Shown here in pieces: positions 9,446-19,686 of a stretch of DNA of 64,000 nt. Position numbers and translations under genes: made by a program. The notes below the pieces were generated by a model. It saw nothing but the letters and a program-made list of their open reading frames with translations, did no database searches and was not told the DNA's origin. The stretch is from contig JAHPZH010000001.1 of NCBI GenBank assembly GCA_019058315.1, positions 1,201,432 to 1,265,431 on the forward strand. Reading direction: 5' to 3'. Numbering within the stretch: the first letter of the stretch is position 1; each line of letters opens with the position of its first letter. The stretch is from Candidatus Helarchaeota archaeon. GTDB taxonomy: Archaea > Asgardarchaeota > Lokiarchaeia > Helarchaeales > RDOG01.

Positions 9446-10684
9446 TTAATCATTTTTCCCTAGAATTCCAATTCTCGTTTGTGCTGTAACACATTTAAGC
9501 CCTGTTTGCTCTAATAATCTTTTTATACCCTTCATTTCTTCATATGTAGGTGTTTTAAAACTAGGAATTAAGCGACTTCTGAATTCTGGTCGATAATCTA
9601 ATATACAAACTTGTATATTAGGATCAATCCCAGCCAATTTTTCTCCCCAATGAAGAAGTTCATTCTTCATCTTTTCATTATCTTCATAGAAAAAATTATT
9701 ATAAGGGAGTCCTACGCCCATAAATACTTTTTCAGGATAATAATTATTCGCAATATATTTTACTGCATTCCAAGCGGTTGAGAGATATTTTTTAGCAAGA
9801 CTCTTATCTTTCACGCAAGTAATTTTTATAAAAGTATCTAATTCAAAGGATTTTAAATCTGGACCGATATCTGTTACGCCGACTTCTATTAGTTCATCGA
9901 TATAATCTTCAGTCAAAATGCTCGCATTAGTATCAAGATGAAGTCTTGCATCCTTATCAGGATTTAGTTGCTTTAAGTGTTTAAAAAATTGAATTAACCA
10001 TGGACGATTGAGAGTTGCTTCGCCTCCTGAAATCGCCATTCGATCTACTCCATATCTCCATCTTATAATGCTTAATTGGCTAGCTGCATCTTCAGGAGTC
10101 ATAGGTAGAATTGTAGAATTATAGGTGATATCGTAGTTTTGGCATGTTCTACAACGAAAATTACAACCTGCTGAAAAACAAGCAACTTCTATATAACCCA
10201 TGCGCTTTTTCAAATTGTAGGGAGTTCCAACTCCCCCTACAGAGTGAGGAGTAAATCCTCTTACAATTTTTTTTGGTGTATAATCTTCTGGTAATTTTAA
10301 TCTAATTATCATATCTGCTTTTACTTGAGTATGACACGAAGGAACAATTTTCTCATTCACAACCACACTGCAGCTATAACAACCACCTGTTTCACATGGT
10401 GCAAAAATTTCCCCCTCATCTGGAAATTGAGAAATTTGAACCCCGACATATTCGAGAGCGTTTTTTATGGTTATTTTTTCAGGAACATAATGATTTTCAT
10501 CATTTATATATATTTTTATTAAATTTTGGGTTTTATATTCTTGTTCGTAGATTGCTTCAAATGGACAACCTAAAAAACAGCTTTTACACCCAATACAATA
10601 TGAAGGATTGGGACATTCAATTATTTTTGTGCAAAAATTACATTTTTTACATTTCTCTTGGTCTTTGAAATATTGATGAAACAT
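9446..10684 (-). CDS. Radical SAM protein (PFL-activase-like) with N-terminal 4Fe-4S and 2Fe-2S-type ferredoxin modules
   Basis: CKKCNFC..CIGCKSCFLGCP; CETGGCYSC..SC; GCNFRCRTC; SGGEATL; DTNAS. Confidence 0.85.
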   Translation of the reverse strand: MFHQYFKDQEKCKKCNFCTKIIECPNPSYCIGCKSCFLGCPFEAIYEQEYKTQNLIKIYINDENHYVPEKITIKNALEYVGVQISQFPDEGEIFAPCETGGCYSCSVVVNEKIVPSCHTQVKADMIIRLKLPEDYTPKKIVRGFTPHSVGGVGTPYNLKKRMGYIEVACFSAGCNFRCRTCQNYDITYNSTILPMTPEDAASQLSIIRWRYGVDRMAISGGEATLNRPWLIQFFKHLKQLNPDKDARLHLDTNASILTEDYIDELIEVGVTDIGPDLKSFELDTFIKITCVKDKSLAKKYLSTAWNAVKYIANNYYPEKVFMGVGLPYNNFFYEDNEKMKNELLHWGEKLAGIDPNIQVCILDYRPEFRSRLIPSFKTPTYEEMKGIKRLLEQTGLKCVTAQTRIGILGKND

Positions 10685-10766
10685 TTCTTATCGTGTATCC
10701 TAAAATTAAATAAATTATTAATTTTTATTTTTTAAGATAATTAATGTTTGAATAAGAGGTAATTTC

Positions 10767-11324
10767 ATGGAAAGTAAAAAGAGTATTTTAGAAATTATCA
10801 AAGGACGGCGGAGCACACGAAGATTTAAACCCGATGCAGTATCAGATGAAGATATTATGGCAGTTTTAGAAGCTGCAAATTGGGCACCTTCAGGGGAAAA
10901 CTTCCAACCATGGAGATTTCTTGTTATTAAAAACAAGGAAATGATGGAAAAAATTGTCGAATTACTTCCGTACAAAAAATATCAGAAATTTTTAATGAAT
11001 GCTCCAGTGCTTATTGTGGTTTTGGTAAATTCAAGAAAATCCTTATGGCATATTCTTGATGGAACTCTTGCAACCCAAAATTTAATGCTTGAGGCATGGG
11101 CAAGAGGACTTGGAACATGTTTCTCGGCTTGGTACCCTACAGTTCCAGAAAAAGCTTTGAAAGAGGTAAAAAAACTATTAGAAATCCCTGAAAAATGGAT
11201 AATTATCACAATGACGCCTTTAGGATACCCTATAGATCCTCCAGAAAGGGCATTCAGGCTTCCACCTTCGAGGAAACCCTTAGAAAAAGTTATTTTTTAT
11301 GAGACATTTCATGGGTCGAAATAA
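10767..11324 (+). CDS. Nitroreductase family protein
   Basis: RRSTRRF, WAPSGENFQPW, QNLMLEAWARGLGTC, LGYP. Confidence 0.92.
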   Translation: MESKKSILEIIKGRRSTRRFKPDAVSDEDIMAVLEAANWAPSGENFQPWRFLVIKNKEMMEKIVELLPYKKYQKFLMNAPVLIVVLVNSRKSLWHILDGTLATQNLMLEAWARGLGTCFSAWYPTVPEKALKEVKKLLEIPEKWIIITMTPLGYPIDPPERAFRLPPSRKPLEKVIFYETFHGSK

Positions 11325-11430
11325 TCTATAAAATTATTTCATGTTTTCCAATTACTTTTTATTTTGATTCCAAATTAATGAAGCACTTATATAACAGATT
11401 TTAAATAATTTTTCATAAAGGTGGTTAAAA

Positions 11431-12570
11431 ATTTCTGAGGAAGTTCTTTTTAAAAGTCGAATTCAATATTTAAGAAACATTTCTTGTGTTTTTTTTAGTA
11501 TTGGGATATTTGTACCATTTCTTGCATATATTCTTGCAGCTGCACTAGTTTTTTCGAGAATGGATGCATTAGAAATTATGATTGTTCACCTAATAACCTT
11601 AATCCCCCTCTGTATTTTTATTATAATTGCTATCTTTGCTGCTAAAACTTTCCTAATAATCTATCCAAATGGTTTTAAAGTAAAAAGAAATCCTTGGTTA
11701 CCTTTTTACAAATTTATAACTTGGATGGAAATAAAAGAATTAAAAATATATGAAAAGACTAAAATGATGAGAGAAATGGATGGTAGTTTATTAACTTATG
11801 AAATAATATTTGTTTTTCTTAAAAATCATTCAAAACCTTTAAAAATCCCTGAAATATGGATAGGTGAAATTCAAGAGGCATATCAAATTATGAATGAGTT
11901 CATTGGACCCTTTCAAAGACCTGATTTTTGTAAGAATCATCCTGAAAAAGAATCGACAAGACAGTGTTGTATTTGCAGTGATTATTTTTGCGATTCATGT
12001 ATAGATCAACGTGATTTTTCAATGGAAAAAGATACAATTATTACAAATTGTGTTTTGTGTAGTTATATAAATGGTTTTAAGAAAATGGCTATCTTATATT
12101 CAGTAACATTAATTTTTCCTTTCATAAGTCTAATATTTTTACTATTCAATATCTCATTAGTTGGAGAAATTGCTACATTACAAAGGAACTTTTATTATTT
12201 TTTTAGTTCTTATAATAATGCGTTTCGTAATGACTTTTTCCCAAAACAAATATACGCTCTCTTTGAATATAATACATTTTTTATTGCTCTAACTATCCCT
12301 ATAGTTCTGATAAATCCTTATTCCTATAGTATATATTTTACTAATTTAATAAGAGTTAGTAGATTGAATAAAGATAAAGTGCAATATAATACAATATTGC
12401 CTATCATATTTACATATTTTACATTTATTACTATTTTATATTATACAATCTTATTTTCCATGGTTCGTCCCTATTTTATATTATATATAATTGGTACAAT
12501 AATATTGACTTTAGGTTTTCTAGGGGGATTTCGACTATTAGGGAAATTAAAATATGGGACATATGATTGA
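11431..12570 (+). CDS. Membrane protein with PH-like segment and B-box-type zinc finger; probable ATT start
   Basis: The frame extends 43 codons upstream of the called ATG (ISEEVLFKSR.. plus a TM helix) to an ATT preceded by AGGTGG. Contains CKNH-x7-CCIC-x4-CDSC and several TM helices. Confidence 0.65.
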   Translation: MSEEVLFKSRIQYLRNISCVFFSIGIFVPFLAYILAAALVFSRMDALEIMIVHLITLIPLCIFIIIAIFAAKTFLIIYPNGFKVKRNPWLPFYKFITWMEIKELKIYEKTKMMREMDGSLLTYEIIFVFLKNHSKPLKIPEIWIGEIQEAYQIMNEFIGPFQRPDFCKNHPEKESTRQCCICSDYFCDSCIDQRDFSMEKDTIITNCVLCSYINGFKKMAILYSVTLIFPFISLIFLLFNISLVGEIATLQRNFYYFFSSYNNAFRNDFFPKQIYALFEYNTFFIALTIPIVLINPYSYSIYFTNLIRVSRLNKDKVQYNTILPIIFTYFTFITILYYTILFSMVRPYFILYIIGTIILTLGFLGGFRLLGKLKYGTYD

Positions 12571-12621
12571 TTTTTCTTCCACTAAAATTTTCTATGTAAA
12601 TATAATGAATTTTTTAAGTAA

Positions 12622-13368
12622 TTATTTAATAAAATAGCCACCAAAGTCTTTCTTAACTAAATCCACCGCATCTTCAAAAATTAAAGTGTCTCCCGTCCAA
12701 GGATAAAGTTCAATCTTATATTTTTCATTAAACTCTGATAAAAATTCATGTAAAAGCCTTTTTGCTAATAAAGTTTCCTTGTTAAGAAGTAGAACACCAA
12801 CTATATCTCCAATGTATTCAAAAATTAATTGTTTCTCTTGAATATCGATCGAGTCTAATGATGTATTTGTTTGGGTTATTTCCATTAATAGACTATTAAT
12901 AGCATTAAGAGCACTTGTAATTAGAGATGAGTCCCCTATTTCCAAAGGTTCGAGATTATATGAGAATAAACAAACCCCACTTTTATACATAACGAATAGA
13001 TTATATATAATTAATCGTTCAGAATCTTCCAAGTGTTCATCGATTACGGTTTCTATTTTCCTCTTTTGTTTCGTAGGAAGTGCATTAATAATCATCCCGA
13101 TCATATTTCTTTTACTTTTTTTACTAACATTTAACTCTAAAACTTCACAAATTTGTCGGAGACCATCCTCAGTAAATAAAATATTTAAAATTTCATCCAA
13201 TCCATAGACCGATTCATATAAGATTTTCAGAGCTAGTGAGGTCTTGGTTTCAGTTTCTTTTCTAGAAATGTTTCCTAATACAGCTAAACTAACTAATTTT
13301 TCATCAGAAACAAAATTAGAAGATAATAAATCATCAAAGAATTCGAATTTTGTTATTTTACTCACCAT
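12622..13368 (-). CDS. SAP-like helical motif plus C-terminal longin-like domain protein
   Basis: TEDGLRQICEVLELNVSKKSKRNMI (SAP-like); LFVMYKSGVCLFSY..DSSLITSALNAI..F..EF...Y...W.GD (Asgard longin/roadblock-type). Confidence 0.65.
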   Translation of the reverse strand: MVSKITKFEFFDDLLSSNFVSDEKLVSLAVLGNISRKETETKTSLALKILYESVYGLDEILNILFTEDGLRQICEVLELNVSKKSKRNMIGMIINALPTKQKRKIETVIDEHLEDSERLIIYNLFVMYKSGVCLFSYNLEPLEIGDSSLITSALNAINSLLMEITQTNTSLDSIDIQEKQLIFEYIGDIVGVLLLNKETLLAKRLLHEFLSEFNEKYKIELYPWTGDTLIFEDAVDLVKKDFGGYFIK

Positions 13369-13415
13369 ATTTAAAATATATTTATATTTTTTTAATTTTA
13401 ATTTAGTGTAAGATA

Positions 13416-13763
13416 TTATTCCGAAAACAATTTTTTAGTTTTAATATTAGATAATTCATTATCAAGCCATTTTAAATAAGACTTACTCCCATCAATAAAC
13501 GGAAGGGCAATAATTTCTGGAGTTTCGTATGAATGAACTTCTTTAATTGACTTTTCAACCTTTTCAAATAAATTTTTTTTACTCTTAATTAGACAAAGCC
13601 ATTCTTCCGATGTTTCAATGTTTTCTTTCCACCAATAAGTACTTAAAATTGGTCCAATTATCTGAACACATGCGGCTAGCCTCTTGTTAACTAATATTTT
13701 AGCTATTTTATTAGCTTCTTCCTTTTTTTCAGTTGTACAAAAGACTTGAATATAGTTTTCCAT
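13416..13763 (-). CDS. cutA: Divalent-cation tolerance protein CutA
   Basis: LAACVQI, YWW, HSYETPEII, YLKWL. Confidence 0.95.
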   Translation of the reverse strand: MENYIQVFCTTEKKEEANKIAKILVNKRLAACVQIIGPILSTYWWKENIETSEEWLCLIKSKKNLFEKVEKSIKEVHSYETPEIIALPFIDGSKSYLKWLDNELSNIKTKKLFSE

Positions 13764-13854
13764 AATTAAATACCTCTTTTTTTAATCACTTTCAATCTAT
13801 AATTTAATAATTTACAAATTAAATCTTAATTCGTATTTTTTAAAAGGTAAGAAA

Positions 13855-14718
13855 ATGACGCGAAAGAAATTATTTGACCCCAAAGTCCGGAAAGGACCAA
13901 TGCGAGTAGCCGGATTTATGTCTGGATCAGGAACAAATATCATTAAAATAATTGAGAATCAAATAAATTATAGAAAAGAAGGTGCTAAAGTAACTAAACA
14001 CCCAATTTCTGGAGAAACTATTCTTAAAAAGATACTCATAACTTCTCCTTATAAAGTGGTTCTGTTATTCAGTGATAGGACAGATTTTAAAAAATGTAGG
14101 ATTTCTGAAATTTCTAAAAAATACAATATCCCATTTGAGGCCAATGATATTAGAGAATTTTACAGAAAAAGAGGATATAAAGACAGAAGAAATATGGAAG
14201 TTAGAAAGGAATATGATCAAACAACTTTGGGATATTTAGAAAAATATGAAATAGATTGTGTGGCATTATGTGGTTATATGAGTATTGTCACTAATGTAAT
14301 ATATGACAATTTCCCTACAATCAATGTCCACCCTGCAGATTTATCAATTCTGAACGATAAGGGAAGGAGAAAATATATAGGAGAACATACAGTCCGAGAT
14401 GCAATCTATGCTGGAGAAAAACATGTCCGCTCTAGTACTCATTTAGCAACTGCTGAAGTGGACGGAGGACCTTTATTAGTCCTTTCTGCACCTTTAACTG
14501 TTAATTTACCCCCAAACGTAACACTTGAATCTTTAAAAAAAGAAGAGAATATAGAACTTTTAAATAAAATCGCAGATTCACATCAAGATAAGTTAAAAGA
14601 ACTTGGAGATTGGGTTATTTTTCCAAAAACACTCGAGCTTATGGCAAAAGGCTTAATCGAGAAAGATGAAAAAGGTAAAATCTATATTAATAACTCTCCT
14701 GCCCCATTAAGATTGTAG
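13855..14718 (+). CDS. purN: Folate-dependent formyltransferase, PurN-like
   Basis: FMSGSGTN, LCGYMSIV, INVHPADL, VDGGP. Confidence 0.75.
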   Translation: MTRKKLFDPKVRKGPMRVAGFMSGSGTNIIKIIENQINYRKEGAKVTKHPISGETILKKILITSPYKVVLLFSDRTDFKKCRISEISKKYNIPFEANDIREFYRKRGYKDRRNMEVRKEYDQTTLGYLEKYEIDCVALCGYMSIVTNVIYDNFPTINVHPADLSILNDKGRRKYIGEHTVRDAIYAGEKHVRSSTHLATAEVDGGPLLVLSAPLTVNLPPNVTLESLKKEENIELLNKIADSHQDKLKELGDWVIFPKTLELMAKGLIEKDEKGKIYINNSPAPLRL

Positions 14719-14726
14719 AGATTGAT

Positions 14727-15305
14727 ATGAAAAAAATAGTTATTATAAGCGGAACTCCGGGAACGGGAAAAACTACTATTGCTAAAATATTGAGTAAAGC
14801 ACTTAATGGAAAACTGATTGATATAAACCAAAAAGTAGTTGAGAATCAATTTTATACATTAGATTCAGAGAGAGAAACCAAAATTGCGGATATCCAAAAG
14901 CTTGAAAAACATTTAGTAAAGTTAATACAAGAAATAAATTCTGAATATATTATAGTAGAAGGGCATTATGCCGATATTCTTCCTGATGAATTAGTTTATA
15001 GAGCTATTATCCTCCGAACACATCCAGAAATTTTAAGAGACCGTTTAGAACAAAAAAAATATTCTAGAACAAAAATATCAGAAAATCTTCAAGCAGAAAT
15101 TTTAGGTGTTTGTTCCTCTCATGCCTACGAAAGCTATGAGGCTCATAAAGTCTATGAAATTAATACATCAAAAATGTCTATAGATAAGACTATAAATATC
15201 CTTATTTCCATAATTAAAAATGATAAATCTAATTATCATCTTGAAAAAATTGATTGGTTAGGAGATTTAGAAAAAAATAATCTATTAAATAAATATTTTG
15301 ATTGA
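14727..15305 (+). CDS. Adenylate kinase 6 / Fap7 family
   Basis: ISGTPGTGKTT, IVEGHYAD, KISENLQAEILG. Confidence 0.9.
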   Translation: MKKIVIISGTPGTGKTTIAKILSKALNGKLIDINQKVVENQFYTLDSERETKIADIQKLEKHLVKLIQEINSEYIIVEGHYADILPDELVYRAIILRTHPEILRDRLEQKKYSRTKISENLQAEILGVCSSHAYESYEAHKVYEINTSKMSIDKTINILISIIKNDKSNYHLEKIDWLGDLEKNNLLNKYFD

Positions 15306-15308
15306 AAA

Positions 15309-15689
15309 TTATAATTCAGCTTTAACTTTTTTACTGCTTTTTGGACTTTTTTCTTCTTCTTCCTCTTCATCTTCGAAAATATCAAATGAAACACCTTCGA
15401 AGAACATAAGAATTGCGCCAAAAATACCTAAAGCCATTCCAACATAAACATTAATTGAACTACTTTCAATTTGTTGAAATGCTTGGAACGTAGTAAATAG
15501 TAATATTGTAAGAAGATCAGATCTATAAGGCTCTGGATTTATTGGATATCTACTCTCAAATTGAAATAGCATTAATAAAAATGTTGTGGCATTTGACATT
15601 AAATTTGGATATATTACTGAATATAATACAAAAATCCATCCCATTCCTATTAGAACAAGCACAAATCCAATCAATCTTTGATTCTGCAA
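15309..15689 (-). CDS. Small membrane protein
   Basis: Hydrophobic helices with an acidic/basic C-terminal tail. Confidence 0.65.
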   Translation of the reverse strand: MQNQRLIGFVLVLIGMGWIFVLYSVIYPNLMSNATTFLLMLFQFESRYPINPEPYRSDLLTILLFTTFQAFQQIESSSINVYVGMALGIFGAILMFFEGVSFDIFEDEEEEEEKSPKSSKKVKAEL

Positions 15690-15844
15690 TCCAGATACAT
15701 CCTTTTAATAAATTTAAAATTAATCCACTAGTACTAAAATAAAAATAGTTTTAAATTAAATTGGTATGATCAATTGGAGCATTTCCTTTAAAAAATTATT
15801 TCTATGTGAACAAAAAGAAAAAAAAAAGAATTTGAAAGATCTTT

Positions 15845-17554
15845 TTATTTACTTTCTTCTCTAAGTTCCCGTTTAAGAACTTTTCCTATTGTTGTTAATG
15901 GAAGTTCCTCTCTGAATTCCCAGAGCTTTGGTTTTTCGTATTTTGAAAGATGTTCTTCTGCGTATTTTTTAAGACTTTCTTTAACAGTTTCAATTGGTTT
16001 TTTTCCTTCTTTAAGTTGAACTACAGCTTTAACAATTTCACTACCTGGTCGCTTTGGATCTTTAACTCCAATTAGAGCACACATTTCAACATCAGGATGT
16101 TTTGTCAGTACATCTTCAACATGGACGCTATAGACTTTAAAACCTGAAACTATTAACATATCTTTAGTTCGGTCAACTATCGAGAGATATCCATTTTCAT
16201 CCATTACAGCTACATCTCCTGTATGAAGATAGCCATCCTCCGTGATTGTTTTTTTATTCGCCTCTGGTTTATTATGATACCCTCTCGTAACTTGTGGGCC
16301 TTTACATAATAATTCACCTGCTTGACCGATTTCAACGGGTTCACCAGTTTCAACATCTACGAGTTTTACTTCTGTATCTGGGAGGGGCAAACCTACAGAT
16401 CCGATTTTCTTTTTTCCATCCTTTGGGTTCATAGTAATGAGAGGGCTTGTTTCTGTCATTCCATATACTTCTAATAATTTATTTTCACCATACATAGCTT
16501 TTTCAAAGTCCTTGATTGATTCTGCTGGAAACGGAGCAGCACCTGAAATGTAGATTTTGACATTTTTCAATATGTTTATTGGAATTTTCTTCTTTAATGG
16601 ACTAGTAGAGATATTTATGAAAAGAGTTGGTACATTTACTACAAGAGTTGGTTTTTTATCAATGATTTCATTAATAATATGCTTCGTATCTCTCGGATCT
16701 GCAATTAAAACTTGGGGTCCACTAAGCCAAACTGTAGTTTGACAGAACGCCAAACCAGCGAGATGAAACATTGGGAATGCTGATAAACTTACCTCTTTAC
16801 CTTTTTCCAAATTCATCCAAATTTCAGTCTGATACAAATTTGAGATTAAATTATAATGTGTAAGCTCAGTCCCTTTAGGACGGCCAGTTGTACCACCCGT
16901 GTACTGAAGTAATGCAAGATCATTTTTTATATCAATATCAACTTTTTTTACATCTATTGGGGTTTCCATTACGTCTTTAAACCAAATTACTTTTTTACCG
17001 GGATATGGTTTAACCTTTCCTTTTGGGATTTTTCCTAGTAATTTTCCTAAAAATACTTTAAATCCTGAAAATCCCATATATTCACTTATATTAGTAGCTA
17101 TTATACATTTAAGATTAGGAACTTTACCTAGAATCTTTCGTGTTATATCAGCGTATACTTTATCCAAAGTAATCATGAATTTAGCTGAACTATCATTTAA
17201 TTGATATTCAATTTCATCATCACTTAAAAGTGGTGAACATCCCGAGGCAGCCCCACCTGCTAATAGAGTTCCAAAATGTGCTGCCATATATTGAGGACAA
17301 TTTGGTAAATTAATAGCTACAACATCCCCTTTTTCCAGTCCATTCTTCTGTAGAAAAGTTGCAAAACGTTTTATCATATCTAATAATTCTCTATAGGAAA
17401 TCTCTCTTGCCATAAACCAGCATGCTGGCTTATCTGGAAATTCTTCCATGGCTTGAGTAAATATAGTTCCAAGGTCTTCAGTAGGATAATCTAAACTTGG
17501 CTTAACAAATGGATCATATGATTTGGTCCAAATTTTTTCATCATAAATTGTCAT
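15845..17554 (-). CDS. fadD: Long-chain fatty acid-CoA ligase
   Basis: LQYTGGTTGRPKG, YGMTETSP, LHTGD, LPLTTIGKVLKR. Confidence 0.92.
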   Translation of the reverse strand: MTIYDEKIWTKSYDPFVKPSLDYPTEDLGTIFTQAMEEFPDKPACWFMAREISYRELLDMIKRFATFLQKNGLEKGDVVAINLPNCPQYMAAHFGTLLAGGAASGCSPLLSDDEIEYQLNDSSAKFMITLDKVYADITRKILGKVPNLKCIIATNISEYMGFSGFKVFLGKLLGKIPKGKVKPYPGKKVIWFKDVMETPIDVKKVDIDIKNDLALLQYTGGTTGRPKGTELTHYNLISNLYQTEIWMNLEKGKEVSLSAFPMFHLAGLAFCQTTVWLSGPQVLIADPRDTKHIINEIIDKKPTLVVNVPTLFINISTSPLKKKIPINILKNVKIYISGAAPFPAESIKDFEKAMYGENKLLEVYGMTETSPLITMNPKDGKKKIGSVGLPLPDTEVKLVDVETGEPVEIGQAGELLCKGPQVTRGYHNKPEANKKTITEDGYLHTGDVAVMDENGYLSIVDRTKDMLIVSGFKVYSVHVEDVLTKHPDVEMCALIGVKDPKRPGSEIVKAVVQLKEGKKPIETVKESLKKYAEEHLSKYEKPKLWEFREELPLTTIGKVLKRELREESK

Positions 17555-17751
17555 AAATTCTTACCTCTTTTTAATTTTAAAAATTGATCAGATTTTACAC
17601 TTTTAATTTATATTTTAATGACGATTTAAAATTTATTTTAAATATTAAATAAATGTTAAATGATTGAAGATTAAATCTAGAGTATGATATAAAATAATTT
17701 AAGGTTATACCATTAAAAATAAAAAAATTAAAAAGAAAAAATTAGAATATT

Positions 17752-19461
17752 TTATTTATTTTCGTCTCTAAGTTCCCGCTTTAAGACTTTACCAACAGTT
17801 GTTAATGGAAGTTCTTCTCTAAATTCCCACATCTTTGGTTTTTCATATTTAGAAAGGTTTTCATCAGCAAATTTTTTAATCTCGTTTTTTATCTCTTCAG
17901 TTGCTTTAATTCCCTCTTTAAGCATAATATAACATTTAACTATTTCACTGCCAGGTCTACTCTTGTCTGGGATTCCGACTAAGGCTGCTATTTCAATTTT
18001 ATCATGTTTTGTTAAGACATCTTCTACATGAACAGAATAAACCTTGAATCCGCTGACGATGATCATGTCTTTAACACGATCCACAATCTGTACATGCCCA
18101 TCCTCATCCATGGTACCCACATCTCCCGTGTGTAACCAACCATCGGGTTCGATTGTTTTTGCTGTAGCTTCCGGTTTATTATGGTACCCTTTAGTAACTT
18201 GTGGTCCTCTAAACAGTAATTCACCAGGTTTTCCTAGTTCTACTGGTTCTCCAGTCTCTATATCCACGATTTTTATTTCAGTATCTTGAAGAGGTAATCC
18301 TACTTTTCCAATTTTCTTTTCACCAAGATATGGATTTGCTGTAACTAAAGGTGATGTCTCGGTCTGTCCATATACCTCCAAAACTTTATTTTCTGCTTTC
18401 ATTGCTTTTTCGAAATCTTTAATTGCCTCTGCTGGAAATGGGGCAGCCCCAGAAACATAAGCCTTAACCTTATCAAGTGTAGACTTTGGGATCTTTTTAG
18501 ACTTTTTATCATTCACGATCATATTATATAAAGTTGGTACATTAGCCAAAATGGTAGGTCTCTTTTCAATCCATTCTGCAATTATATGACCTGTGTCCCT
18601 CGGATTTGCTATTAGGATTTGTTTACTTTGAGTATAAACAGCAGCATGTGCAACTAAGAGTCCTGCTATATGGAACATAGGAAATCCGGAGAGGACCAGT
18701 TCATCATGAAAATCGGCCCAATTTTGCCATTGGAGTAAATTTGCGCTGATATTTTTATGAGTTAGGCGGGTCCCTTTAGGTCGTCCAGTTGTACCACCAG
18801 TATATTGAAGACAGGCTAAATCATTTTCAACATCTATTGAAACTTCTTTTACGTCGGGGGGTGTTTCCATTACTTCTTTAAACCATGTAACTTTTTTTCC
18901 AGGGTATGGTTTAACTTTACCTTTTGGGATTTTTCCTAATAATTTTCCGAGAATCACTTTAATCTTTGATAATCCCATGTATTGGCTAATATTAGTTGTA
19001 ATAATTATCTTAAGGTTGGGAAGTTTACTTAAAATTGACCTTAAATGAGCTGCATATACTTTATCTAAAGTAACAATAGCTTTTGCATTACTATCTTTTA
19101 ATTGATATTCAATTTCATCTTGACTTAATAAAGGAGAACACCCACTGGCAACTCCACCAGCTAGAAAGCAACCGAAATTAGCAACAAGATATTGTTGACA
19201 ATTTGGTAAGCAAACAGCAACAACATCCCCTTTCTCAAATCCATTCTTTTGAAGGAATGTAGCTAAGCGATGGCACATATCTCTAAGTTCTTTATATCCC
19301 ATTTCTCTTTCCATGAACCAACATGCTATCATATTTTTTTCTGCTGCCCCTTTCATTTTTTCATCGAAAATCTTTCCTAGCCCTTCAGTTGGATAGTCTA
19401 AATTAGGTTTTACATGTTTATCGTAATTTTTCGTCCAAAATTTTGATGCATATTTCTCCAT
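17752..19461 (-). CDS. fadD: Long-chain fatty acid-CoA ligase (tandem paralogue)
   Basis: Same AMP-binding motifs; also 569 aa and collinear with its neighbour. Confidence 0.92.
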   Translation of the reverse strand: MEKYASKFWTKNYDKHVKPNLDYPTEGLGKIFDEKMKGAAEKNMIACWFMEREMGYKELRDMCHRLATFLQKNGFEKGDVVAVCLPNCQQYLVANFGCFLAGGVASGCSPLLSQDEIEYQLKDSNAKAIVTLDKVYAAHLRSILSKLPNLKIIITTNISQYMGLSKIKVILGKLLGKIPKGKVKPYPGKKVTWFKEVMETPPDVKEVSIDVENDLACLQYTGGTTGRPKGTRLTHKNISANLLQWQNWADFHDELVLSGFPMFHIAGLLVAHAAVYTQSKQILIANPRDTGHIIAEWIEKRPTILANVPTLYNMIVNDKKSKKIPKSTLDKVKAYVSGAAPFPAEAIKDFEKAMKAENKVLEVYGQTETSPLVTANPYLGEKKIGKVGLPLQDTEIKIVDIETGEPVELGKPGELLFRGPQVTKGYHNKPEATAKTIEPDGWLHTGDVGTMDEDGHVQIVDRVKDMIIVSGFKVYSVHVEDVLTKHDKIEIAALVGIPDKSRPGSEIVKCYIMLKEGIKATEEIKNEIKKFADENLSKYEKPKMWEFREELPLTTVGKVLKRELRDENK

Positions 19462-19584
19462 TTCATCAACTCAATTTTGTATTTTTAATTAGCATATATA
19501 TGTTAACTTCATTATTACATTTTTCATAGAATAAGTTAATTTAAACTAAGTGGGGAGTAGAGAAATTTGCATTTTTTTTAACAG

Positions 19585-19601
19585 AAATCCATAATGGATT
19601 T
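19585..19601. promoter_or_regulatory. Perfect 8-1-8 palindrome upstream of the fadD pair; candidate operator
   Basis: AAATCCAT-A-ATGGATTT; related sites at 53048-53062 and 28476-28492. Confidence 0.4.
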
Positions 19602-19686
19602 AAAAATTGAGTTAAATTAAAATTTTAACTAAATATAAATAAGGGTTGACTTTTTTAAGCTATAAAAAATTATAAATTGGGTTTTT

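Noticed and set aside
15845-19461. Tandem fadD duplication as a novelty or assembly artefact
   Set aside because: The copies are clearly diverged, and FadD expansions are common in these archaea
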